Part shown: positions 24,960 to 33,299 of the stretch, one piece after another
Position numbering within the stretch: the stretch's first letter is position 1
Layout of the letters: every line of letters starts with the position of its first letter
NCBI GenBank assembly: GCA_965203015.1
Contig: CBDBBM010000018.1
Location: 153,861 to 217,860 of the forward strand
Length of the DNA stretch: 64,000 bases
Reading direction: 5' to 3'
Origin: Chloroflexota bacterium
Lineage (GTDB): Bacteria > Chloroflexota > UBA11872 > VXNJ01
The notes under the pieces: model-generated
The model's input: only the letters and a program-made list of their open reading frames with translations
Database searches by the model: none
What the model was told of the DNA's origin: nothing
Made by a program: the position numbers and the translations under genes

Positions 24960-26249
24960 CACGGATGCAAACAAACCTGATATATACTCTACGCCCCGCC
25001 GAACCCAACCAGCAAAGAGCCATTTCCCGGGGCGATGACCGAAATCTTCCGCACCTACTCCCAGCGCGGCTACGTCAGTCGCCGCGGCTGTGAGCATCTG
25101 AACCAGGTCCTTTCGGCCTGCGCGGCGCTCTACAACTCCGAACTCGAACACTGGCGCGATTCCTACAGAAAGACCGGCAAGAGCCAATCGCTGTTCGAGC
25201 GGATGAAGTCGTTCACCAAGACCCGCAACACCGATGAGTTCTGGCGGGGCGTATCGGTCGATGTAGGCCGCGGCGTTCTCGTCCGCGCCGAGCAAGCCAA
25301 GAAATCTTTCTACCGCCGGGTCAAGAACAAAGAGAAACCCGGCTACCCGCGGTTCAAGCCCCATCACCGCTACCGCACGATCCAGCTCGAGCAGACCACC
25401 CCGGCGATGGTGCGGCCCGCTAGGCGCGGCTACGTTGTCCGCATCAAGGGATTGCCGGCGGTAAGGCTGCGGACCGATATCGAGCTTCCGCCATCGGAGG
25501 ACCTGAAAGGGATCCGGATAACGTTCCGGGGCAGACGGGTGCGGGTGAGCCTTATCTACAGGGAAGATGTGAGTCCGCTGCCCGCGAACTCGACCAGGGT
25601 CGGACTTGACCTGGGTGTCCTAACTCGCATAACCACCAGCGACGGGGAACGGATCGAGCGTAGGCAGATAGACCGCGAGGCGCTGCGGCGCAAGCAGCAG
25701 CGGCTCTCGGCCTGCAGGAAGGGGAGTCGTCGTTATCGCAAGCGCCGCCGCATCCTGGCCAACGCCCACGATCGGGCCCAGGTCAAGGACCGCAACCAGT
25801 GTCATGAGATCACCACCCATCTGGTGCGCGAGAGCGGCTACATCGCGCTTGAAAAACTAGACGTTAGGAAGATGACCCGGAAGGGCGGAGTCAGAAAACG
25901 CGGCCTGAATAGAGCCGTCAGGGAACAGAACTGGTCGCGAATCGTCAGTCAGCTCAAGTACAAGGCAGCATGGGCCGGTAGAGAGCTCATATTCGTTGAC
26001 CCCAGAAACACCTCGCAGCGCTGTTCGGGCTGCGGGGTGATTGTGAAAAAGAGCCTTGCCGAGCGCAGTCACGTGTGCGGGAGGTGCGGTCTTGACCTTG
26101 ACCGCGATCACAACGCGGCCATAAATGTCCTCTGCAAGGCTCTCTCGGGCGGGGTTCTTCCCGAGGCCGCCGGCGAGGCGGCGTAAATGTGTATTCTGGT
26201 TGGCTTTTGTCAACCCGGATATATAAGCTCCATAATTTCCGGGTGGACC
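24960..26249 (+). mobile_element. TnpB-only IS200/IS605-family (IS1341-like) element; boundaries approximate
   Basis: tnpB sits between two A/T-rich flanks that share gatatata (24980-24987 and 26218-26225). Hairpins lie at 26198-26215 (ggttg/caacc) and 26214-26243 (cccgga/tccggg) downstream of the stop. No tnpA was seen. Confidence 0.5.
25035..26186 (+). CDS. tnpB: TnpB RNA-guided endonuclease (OrfB_IS605 plus zinc ribbon)
   Basis: 383 aa. RuvC triad context is intact: VGLDLGV (D), YIALEKLDV (E), LDRDHNAAINV (D). Zinc ribbon CSGCG...CGRCG is present, as is the N-terminal KPGYPRFK motif. Confidence 0.9.
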   Translation: MTEIFRTYSQRGYVSRRGCEHLNQVLSACAALYNSELEHWRDSYRKTGKSQSLFERMKSFTKTRNTDEFWRGVSVDVGRGVLVRAEQAKKSFYRRVKNKEKPGYPRFKPHHRYRTIQLEQTTPAMVRPARRGYVVRIKGLPAVRLRTDIELPPSEDLKGIRITFRGRRVRVSLIYREDVSPLPANSTRVGLDLGVLTRITTSDGERIERRQIDREALRRKQQRLSACRKGSRRYRKRRRILANAHDRAQVKDRNQCHEITTHLVRESGYIALEKLDVRKMTRKGGVRKRGLNRAVREQNWSRIVSQLKYKAAWAGRELIFVDPRNTSQRCSGCGVIVKKSLAERSHVCGRCGLDLDRDHNAAINVLCKALSGGVLPEAAGEAA

Positions 26250-26325
26250 GGGCCCATAGCTCAGTGGTTAGAGCGGCCGGCTCATAACCGGTTGGTCGTT
26301 GGTTCGAATCCAACTGGGCCCACCA
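26250..26325 (+). tRNA. tRNA with CAT anticodon, CCA encoded; features favour tRNA-Ile2 (lysidine) over elongator Met
   Basis: Cloverleaf folded by hand: acceptor gggccca/tgggccc, D arm gctc-agtggtta-gagc, anticodon arm gccgg-ctcataa-ccggt, T arm gttgg-ttcgaat-ccaac. The C4:G69 and C5:G68 pairs and the overall sequence resemble E. coli ileX as I recall it. Confidence 0.85.
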
Positions 26326-26663
26326 GACTTGACGGCAGACAATACCGACCACCCGTGGACCACGTCTTCGGGCATCGGGATAGCGAAGCGATTGGTAGCC
26401 CCACCTGGGGCTACGGCAATCACCTTCTCGGACGAGCGGGCATAGCCCTCGGGTCCGGCAAATATCACTCGAGGAGAGCGACTCGCTCATCTCCTCGGCG
26501 CAGGCGGTTGCCGCTTCCACATCATCCGGCACCTCGCGCAGTTCCGAGAGCAAGGCACTCCGCTGGCGGCAGTCTCAGGAGCAGGTCGTACTCGCGACCT
26601 CGGAACTCATTTCGAAAACCATATTGCTCCACACCACTCCGCCAGCCCCAAATCCCCTTGCGA

Positions 26664-26975
26664 GGCATTGACCGCCAGGGCCCCGCGCACATCCGTTCCG
26701 ACAACGGTCCCGAGCTCATCGCCCGCGAGATCAGGACCTGGCTCTCGCAGAACTTAGTCAAGACCTGCTACATCAAATCCGGCGCCCCTGGGAACGCCTA
26801 CTGCGAATCCTTGATCGTCCGTGTCCGCGACGAACTCCTGGACCGCGAGATCTTCTCCACTCTCGAAGAAGCCCAGGCGATGCTGGAGCGGTTCCGGATC
26901 GACTACAACACTGTCCGCCTACACTCGGCGCTGGGTTACAGGACTCCACTGGAAGCGATTGAGGCGGCGGCGTGA
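26664..26975 (+). pseudogene. C-terminal fragment of a DDE (rve integrase-core) transposase, IS3/IS481-like
   Basis: IRSDNGPELIAREIRTWLSQNLVKTCYIKSGAPGNAYCESLIVRVRDELLDREIFSTLEEAQAMLERFRIDYNTVRLHSALGYRTP. The N-terminal two-thirds of the enzyme are missing. The track ORF 26187..26975 is a chimera that reads through the tRNA. Confidence 0.75.
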
Positions 26976-27341
26976 CGGTCGCGGTTCTGATCCTGCTGGC
27001 GGCCGCCCTGGCGGCGGCCATCTACCGGGCCGGGGGCGTCCGCAAGATCGCACTCGCCATCACACAAGGGAAACTCGCAATCCGCGTGGCACCAGAACCG
27101 GGGCCCCGCGACAATGTTGGCACCCCTCCATTTCGGCGCATCCCGACTGGTTGGAGGCCGAGATCGGCCGGGGCACTTTGGATGAGCCCCGCTTCGCCCA
27201 AATTCGTCACCACCGGAAGTTTGCACTGGAGCCACTAACTAACTACATTGGAGCTGAATGGGCGACTTTCATCCAGGCGAAATTCGGCGAAGGAGACACG
27301 GGGTGGCAGTTGACAAGAAGGGCAAATACGTTGACGTGGTA

Positions 27342-27692
27342 ATGCGGGGCAAGTATCAGAGGCTGTACTCCTATCTGCGCAGCCTGCAGGTCACCGAGTG
27401 GCGTACGTCCTTCAGGGAGGTCGAATCAGTCGTCGGGTTCGAGTTACCTCCATCCGCACGGCTGCACCGGCCCTGGTGGGGAAACCAGCGGAGCGGCAAC
27501 GGTCACAGCCACGCTCAAGCATGGAGCGTTGCCGGCTGGGAGACAGCGGAAGTGGATATGGAGTCGGAGACGCTGCTGTTCCGGAGAACGCACTCCAAAC
27601 CCGTACCCAGGCTCTCCCTCGAGGAAGCATGGCCTGTCCACCACACGGCAGTTTGGCCGGATGGTCTGAGCCTCAGGCGGGAGGACCTCTAA
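27342..27692 (+). CDS. Conserved-hypothetical small protein; candidate antitoxin partner of the downstream PIN gene
   Basis: Taking ATG 27342: MRGKYQRLYSYLRSLQVTEWRTSFREVESVVGFELPPSARLHRPWWGNQ...AQAWSVAGWETAEVD. I recognise this motif set from uncharacterised bacterial proteins but cannot name the family with confidence. It ends ...WPDGLSLRREDL, 22 nt before the PIN start. Confidence 0.6.
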   Translation: MRGKYQRLYSYLRSLQVTEWRTSFREVESVVGFELPPSARLHRPWWGNQRSGNGHSHAQAWSVAGWETAEVDMESETLLFRRTHSKPVPRLSLEEAWPVHHTAVWPDGLSLRREDL

Positions 27693-27714
27693 AGGGAAGG
27701 GGAATGGCGCCGCA

Positions 27715-27906
27715 ATGTTCATCGACACCAACGTCCTGGTGAACTCCCGCATCCCTGGCGCACCCCATCACGTTGCGGCAAGGGCGTGCCTGGAACGCGT
27801 CTTTGGAAGTCCCGAACCGTTGCGGATCAGCCGTCAGGTGATTCGCGAATATCTGGCCGTCGTCACTCGCCAGTACCTGGTCGGGAAATTGACCGATGCC
27901 GGATAA
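27715..27906 (+). pseudogene. PIN-domain toxin, N-terminal half
   Basis: MFIDTNVLVNSRIPGAPHHVAARACLERVFGSPEPLRISRQVIREYLAVVTRQ contains the first catalytic Asp. It stops at TAA 27904-27906. Confidence 0.7.
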
Positions 27907-27930
27907 GGAACGACAGGTCCATCTGCAGAA

Positions 27931-28014
27931 ATGACGGAACTGCTGTTCACGATATTTCTGGTTGTCATGATGATGCTGTTCATCCTTAAGCTGTTTATGG
28001 GGCTGATCGTATGA
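27931..28014 (+). CDS. 27-codon hydrophobic mini-ORF lying in the gap of the split PIN gene (hypothetical)
   Basis: Manual translation: MTELLFTIFLVVMMMLFILKLFMGLIV*. It is visibly more A/T-rich than its flanks and is in the same frame as the PIN N-half. Its TGA overlaps the ATG of the PIN C-half (ATGA at 28011-28014). Confidence 0.35.
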   Translation: MTELLFTIFLVVMMMLFILKLFMGLIV

Positions 28015-28271
28015 ATAACTGGTTTCGGAAGGCCGTTGACGACGTGGGCAGACTGATTGGCAGTTACGAAGTACTTGAGGGCGGCCCCATCGTGACAGGG
28101 CAGTTAGTGGCATTGTGCCGGGAAGTTTCCGGTGGCGGGCGGCAGATTCATGACGCCAACATCGTGGCGAACATGCTGGCGCATGGGGAGCGAAGGCTGC
28201 TGACGTACAACGTCGTGGACTTCCAACACTACGGTGACCGCATCGAATTGCCGGACAGTTTGGAGTTTTGA
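28011..28271 (+). pseudogene. PIN-domain toxin, C-terminal half
   Basis: AVDDVGRLIGSYEVLEGGPIVTGQLVALCREVSGGGRQIHDANIVANMLAHGERRLLTYNVVDFQHYGDRIEL carries the remaining PIN acidic residues (HDAN, NVVDF). Confidence 0.7.
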
Positions 28272-28638
28272 CAAGAACGCTCCTACGGGGACGGCAGTAT
28301 GAAGTAGCAAGGGCGCACTTTGCGCTGAAGGTTTCATGGCGCCCGGCCGACGACGAGAGGGTCGGCGAAGGCTTCGATAGAGTGTGCCGGATGCCTCAAA
28401 ACTCGGTTTACGACCGCTCGGTGCCGTCGGCTGCTTGCATCCTGGAAGGATGCGCCGAAGTCAAGTCGAAAATGGAAGCCGCCCCGCCCGCATTTCACCG
28501 AAGTCGGAACCCGATTGAATCTGGTGTATGTCCGCTCGCACTACGGTTAAGCGGGCCCTGGATCGAAAATGGGCCAGCCCGGCCATCGCCATTCGACCGC
28601 TAAAACAAGGCCAAATTCGACCCTCCGTCAAAACCACC

Positions 28639-29112
28639 ATGCCAAAGAAGAGAACTGCCAAGACTTCCAAAGACGTCAAGAAGTTCGCCAGCAGGCGGGC
28701 CAATGAGAAACCCGTCCTCCTGACCGGCGGCAACCCGCAGATCGCAAAGTCCGACGGGGACGCCCCGGTGCAGGCATACATTGAAGCCATGCCGGGCTGG
28801 AAACAGGAGGTCGGCCGACGCATTGACCAACTAGTCACCCGGACCGTTCCGCAGGTGCGAAAGGCCGTCAGGTGGAATTCGCCCTTCTACGGAATCGAAG
28901 ATCAGGGGTGGTTCCTGAGCTACCACTGCTTTACCCGGTACGTGAAGATCACGTTTCTACGCGGCGCATCGCTCAAGCCATTGCCCCCGGTTTCCTCCAA
29001 GGTCGATAACGTGCGCTATTTCCACATCCATGAGGACGAGGAAATCGACGAGGAAATCGTGGCCGGTTGGATACGCCAGGCGGCGGCGCAACCCGGCGAA
29101 AAGCTGTTCTAG
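28639..29112 (+). CDS. DUF1801 (YdhG-like) domain protein
   Basis: Taking ATG 28639: basic N-tail, then PVQAYIEAMPGWKQEVGRRIDQLVTRTVPQVRKAVRWNSPFYGIEDQGWFLSYHCFTRYVKITFLRG. Confidence 0.7.
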   Translation: MPKKRTAKTSKDVKKFASRRANEKPVLLTGGNPQIAKSDGDAPVQAYIEAMPGWKQEVGRRIDQLVTRTVPQVRKAVRWNSPFYGIEDQGWFLSYHCFTRYVKITFLRGASLKPLPPVSSKVDNVRYFHIHEDEEIDEEIVAGWIRQAAAQPGEKLF

Positions 29113-29260
29113 GAACCTGCGCCGCAGAAAACTCTCATGAAACTGCGGGCAAGATTTCCGGACCCTGCGGCCAGAGTGGGAAAGCTGCTTCGCACTTGTA
29201 ATCCTGCGCCAGGCCGGTCCCGCGCCCACCACCGTCCGCCCGCATCATCCCGACCAGACC

Positions 29261-29470
29261 ATGATGATGCCGCCGAACCCGCGCGACCGGCTGCCGGAGG
29301 GCGATCTGGCCCGCCAGATACCCGACCCGGTGTACAGCCTGGACCTTGGCGCCTTCCACGCCCCCTACGAAGGGGACGGACGCCGCAACCGGCCCTACGG
29401 TCTCAGGATGATAGTCAAGGTGCTCCTGTACGGGTGCGCGATCGCGGCGCAGGCTCCTCGGCCGACCAAG
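29261..29470 (+). pseudogene. N-terminal fragment of an IS1182/IS5-type transposase (DUF772-like)
   Basis: MMPPNPRDRLPEGDLARQIPDPVYSLDLGAFHAPYEGDGRRNRPYGLRMIVKVLLYGC matches the LP.DHLARFI...LDLS.F...Y...GRPAY.P..MLKLLLYGY pattern. No catalytic part follows. Confidence 0.6.
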
Positions 29471-29780
29471 GCGGGGATTGGGATTGATCGAATTGGGGTA
29501 CTTCCACATCTGCAAGCCAGCCACAAGGACCGCGCAAATCAAATCCGCGTTGGTTGTATTTCGGTCAACCTGCCCGCGAGCTGTCTGCTTGCCACGCTTT
29601 TGCTCGTCGTTCGTGCGCAAATACGCTTCGATTTCGTGTTTGCGCCCAATACTTGAGCGGTTTCGAGGGGCGGGTCCGCTGAAGCGACGCCCGCAACTAA
29701 AACCCCTGAGCCGATTGCTGAGTGCACTCCCGGCGTCCACCCGAAACTCAAGGGGCTTGCGTATGCCGTGCTCGTGGACC

Positions 29781-29894
29781 CCTCCTGACCGCATCGGCTG
29801 GATCCTGTCGGCGCAAGCCGTGGTCGAAGACTTTACGCTCTTTACGATGGATCGGACGCTGGTTAGCCACCCCGCACTGGTGCGTTTGATCTGA
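29781..29894 (+). pseudogene. C-terminal remnant of another PIN/VapC toxin
   Basis: PPDRIGWILSAQAVVEDFTLFTMDRTLVSHPALVRLI resembles DPFDRlLIAQAivEgLTLVTrD..l..Yp.v.li. No N-terminal part is present. Confidence 0.5.
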
Positions 29895-30066
29895 CGACGG
29901 CCCGCCGCGGGTCGCAATCTCCGACCGGCAATCACCACGTAGGAATCTTGTCGATTCCGCACAGCTTGGATCAACTCGCCCTCGAAAAATGAAACCCGGA
30001 CTTAACCGCAACAACCCACCGAGGCCCTTCTAGGATTTTGGTCAAGCTGCGCTATCGGCTCTCGAT

Positions 30067-31242
30067 TCACCAAGATCGAGAATCTTCATCTTTGACCGCG
30101 TCGGGCATGTAGTAACTGATTCCCATGTCGTCGTACACCGATCGTTGCAGCATGCCCGCGAAGTTATTGAGCGAATGCGGCGTCGCGCCGGGCACGATCT
30201 TGGACCGGATGATCTGCAGCCTCCGCTGCAGCCGCACCAGCCCAAGCACACCGAATGTCGACTGGCTTGGGAATTCAAAGGCGTCCGCCAACTCGTCGCC
30301 AATCAGGGCCCGGGAGGTTTTGAACAGGTAAGACATCAATTTCTTGCGCTTCGACGGCTCGGTGACGCCGAGTAGATCGGGGACGGTATTGATGTAACCG
30401 TGCGCCACCGAAACGGCTTTTGGCCCGGACGCTATTTCACACAGATGAGCCATTTTCCGCAGGCGGACGGCTTCTTCTTCGGTGTGGAAAAGCAGGTTTT
30501 CCGGCACGCCAAGCAGCCAAGTGACGTAGCTCCAGGTGTGCATGAAGCCGTCGCTCTCCTCCTCGGTGAGACTGACGCCCAATTCCCGCACGGCCTTCAG
30601 ATTGAAGGCGGAGAACCCGGTAGCGGCCAGCCCCATGTGCGCCATATGGAGCGGCACACCTTCTCTTTGAACGTCCCACTCGTCGGAACTGATCAACAGA
30701 CGCCGCACCTGCGCATGGATGAGTCGAATACGCAGCGTCAGCTTCCAGCCATCGCCGAACACGTCCAGTCCGCCCGGCAGGGTAATGTCCACAAGATGCC
30801 GGGTGTTCTGCCGGACGCGGCGCAAATTTCCTGCCGTGCGCCCGGTTATCCAGAACGCCTTGGCAAGCCCCTCCGTAAGTCCCGTAATGAGCGAACACAA
30901 TACGAGGGCGACGAAGAACATGTCCGAGTACTTGTGGAAAGCGCGCGCACCTGCCAGCGCTCTATCGGCGTCGAATCCGAACGGGGGGGGGCTTTTTACT
31001 GAGCGAAAGAATGCCTTCAGGGAGTCAGGTGCATCGCGCATGCCCTGGTCATCGCCCTGCATCCCCGCATTGATCAAGCTGTGCCGAATCGCCCGGTCAA
31101 ATCCTTCCAAATCTTCAATCGCCGCATCTGCCAGCGGGTCGCCAGCCATTGTGTTCTGGATGTAGGCGTCCGCCAGGCGCGGGTTCACCGCGCGGGCCCT
31201 CTGGTAACCCTCGATATAGGACGTGGGTGCCTTCAAGGCCAT
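30067..31242 (-). CDS. MpaB-family oxygenase (DUF2236)
   Basis: 391 aa with a long clean ORF. Motif LTLRIRLIHAQVRRLL and the overall helical layout are typical of DUF2236/MpaB. Confidence 0.7.
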   Translation of the reverse strand: MALKAPTSYIEGYQRARAVNPRLADAYIQNTMAGDPLADAAIEDLEGFDRAIRHSLINAGMQGDDQGMRDAPDSLKAFFRSVKSPPPFGFDADRALAGARAFHKYSDMFFVALVLCSLITGLTEGLAKAFWITGRTAGNLRRVRQNTRHLVDITLPGGLDVFGDGWKLTLRIRLIHAQVRRLLISSDEWDVQREGVPLHMAHMGLAATGFSAFNLKAVRELGVSLTEEESDGFMHTWSYVTWLLGVPENLLFHTEEEAVRLRKMAHLCEIASGPKAVSVAHGYINTVPDLLGVTEPSKRKKLMSYLFKTSRALIGDELADAFEFPSQSTFGVLGLVRLQRRLQIIRSKIVPGATPHSLNNFAGMLQRSVYDDMGISYYMPDAVKDEDSRSW

Positions 31243-31878
31243 TCTTCGCTCATTCAGTCGGGATTGATCCGCTGTTCATGCCACGAGTATCACACCCATG
31301 CGTCGCAATAGGTACAACATTGCGGTCGGATTGGTCCAGTTGGGTGACCCGGCAAGAACCGGCGCCGGGTGTCGGCTGCGATTGGGCCGTCTGCGCATTG
31401 CTTAGGGTTCCAGGCCCAACACGTACGCGCAATGTCTATCGGCTTGAGCGGCTGAACGCCCCGGCCCTGAAAGCGGTAATTCCGACGGCCAGCTTACCTG
31501 GACCGGCCGGCAGCAGGGACTGGAGTCAACTCGATCAATGTCCTTGCGGCGAAACCTGTCCGGCCTGGAGGTTTCCACCGGAACCATGTAAACCGACTCC
31601 AATCTCCCGACGGCCAAGAACGTGCAAGCAAAATTGCGCCGACCAGGGCACGGCTGGGGTCGCGGCCAATGGCCCAGATACGCAGCCAATCACCGTGGCG
31701 ACGGGCGGAGATAGGGCAAAACTGCCCACTCGGCAAGTGTTGACGGCCATAAGATTCCGGTCACCGGCGGCCAATATTTTCGGACGCTGACGCTGACGGC
31801 CACCAGAACCGGACGGTTCCGTCCGGTTCTGAGCCGCTTCGCAAGCGGTTCCGATCACCCCGGTTGCCCCTCGCAATT

Positions 31879-32200
31879 TCATGGCTTTAGCGCGATGACC
31901 CCCTTCCCCGAAGTGGCCTGCGTCAGGCGGATGCTGTCGCCCTGGGTCAGCACCAGGTGCGCGTGGTGGAGCAGGCGGTCCACCGCCGCGTTGGCGATTG
32001 CCTTCGGCATCAGCTCGTCAAATCCGGCCGGATGCAGGTTCGATGACAAGGCTATCGATCGCTCCTCGTAGGCGGCGTCGATTAACCGGAAGAAGGCCTC
32101 GGCGGTCTCTTGGGCGACCGGCAGCAGCCCGATGTCGTCGATCACGATCAGGTCGGCCTTCAGGATCCGCTGCACCGCCTTGCCGACCGAGTCGTCGGCG
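31879..32200 (-). pseudogene. istB: C-terminal fragment of IS21 helper ATPase IstB
   Basis: ADLIVIDDIGLLPVAQETAEAFFRLIDAAYEERSIALSSNLHPAGFDELMPKAIANAAVDRLLHHAHLVLTQGDSIRL covers Walker B to the C-terminus. Walker A and istA are absent. Confidence 0.75.
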
Positions 32201-32530
32201 CGGTGGCTCCCAGGTGGCTGCGGTTCACATCCGGTCCCAGGGTCCGGATCCCGTGCCGCAGGGCGTCGGTGGCTCCTTCAGGGTCTCGATCGACCAGAAC
32301 CCCATCGGCTGGGCGTTGAAGATGGCGCAGTAGAACTCGGCCGGGAAGTAATGCCGCAGCCAGGCCATGTGATAGGCGGTGGCGCCGAAGGCGAGCGCAT
32401 GGGCCTCGGGAAAATTCCATGTGACAAGCAGAGGAACGCTCTCCAATGCAGGGCATTGGAGTACTTCCGCCAAAATCTGGGCGATAGCCCATCTCGGTCG
32501 GCAAGGACCGCCTCACCCTGAAAATCGGGC
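32201..32530 (-). pseudogene. Internal fragment of a DnaE2/DnaE-type polymerase III alpha subunit, frameshifted
   Basis: WNFPEAHALAFGATAYHMAWLRHYFPAEFYCAIFNAQPMGFWSIETL is followed, in another frame, by DALRHGIRTLGPDVNRS. This is the conserved YGFPESHA...YPAAF...LNaQPMGFY...DA.RHGV.v.P.DVN block. Confidence 0.7.
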
Positions 32531-33299
32531 ACTAATTCGTGGATCCATGCCCTGAACGGCTGGCGGTCCAATCGGGCGCCCGATAACTTTCACGGCCAAC
32601 GCAGCAAGTAGCAATGAGCATTGAGGCGCGGCATGACCGCCGCGGCAGCTTCGATTGGCGCGCGCGCGCAGCAGTACGCTGACGGTTCATGAACCGATCA
32701 GGCCTGCCAACCTGCCGCCGCTGCCATCTTGCGATATCCGCTGGAAGGCCATGCGGCGCATAGTAAGAGGCCCGGCCCCGTTCTAGGCCGCTGCCGGCAT
32801 GGCCGATTGAGCCCCCAAGGCCCAGGCGTCCATGTAATTCCTGCGCTCATTTCCCAGATCGCTACAAATTTCCCGTCGCAGGGTTCGCCCATCGGTGCAT
32901 CTGACGCTCTAGGGCCAACGGCGGCCGGTCCTGGAAACCGGCCAGCCGATCCGGCGCATTCTGCGGCTCTGCCCCAACAGGAGCTAACGATCGCGGAGAG
33001 CGCGGAGGACAGCCTCTTGCGCATTGCCCCAGTTTACCATCGGCATGCGGAATGGCGCGCGCCTCATAGCCCCCGGCCCGAGCGATCCCCAACGCTCGCG
33101 CCGCAAAGGCATCGCAGCCGGCGCATAAGGGCTTTGCCGCTCCAGGGATGGCATTCGCATGGCTCGTAGTTACATTTTTCCAGTAAATCGGCTGGCCGCT
33201 GGCGCAAACGCGGCGCAGGCATAATGTTCGGTCAGCCCCGTCGTTGGCCCCCACCGGGGCCGGGTCAGCATTAACGTCTAGGAACTACTAAAAGCCGAA

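Noticed and set aside
24489-25034. Possible tnpA (Y1 transposase) or other gene upstream of tnpB; minus-strand fragments such as ...AGWLAFRQPKYVIPEFIYAHQRNIRRPE
   Set aside because: No HUH or Tyr motifs appear in any frame. The fragments are short and span several frames. Possibly a decayed gene, but I cannot support a call.
26187-26663. 5' part of ORF 26187..26975 and minus ORF 25987..26553, both spanning the tRNA gene
   Set aside because: They read straight through a well-folded tRNA. Only the last 103 codons of the plus-strand ORF match a transposase.
29135-29974. 279-aa minus-strand ORF
   Set aside because: No motifs and odd composition. The plus strand here carries recognisable IS1182-type and PIN fragments, so this is most likely non-coding in a decayed region.
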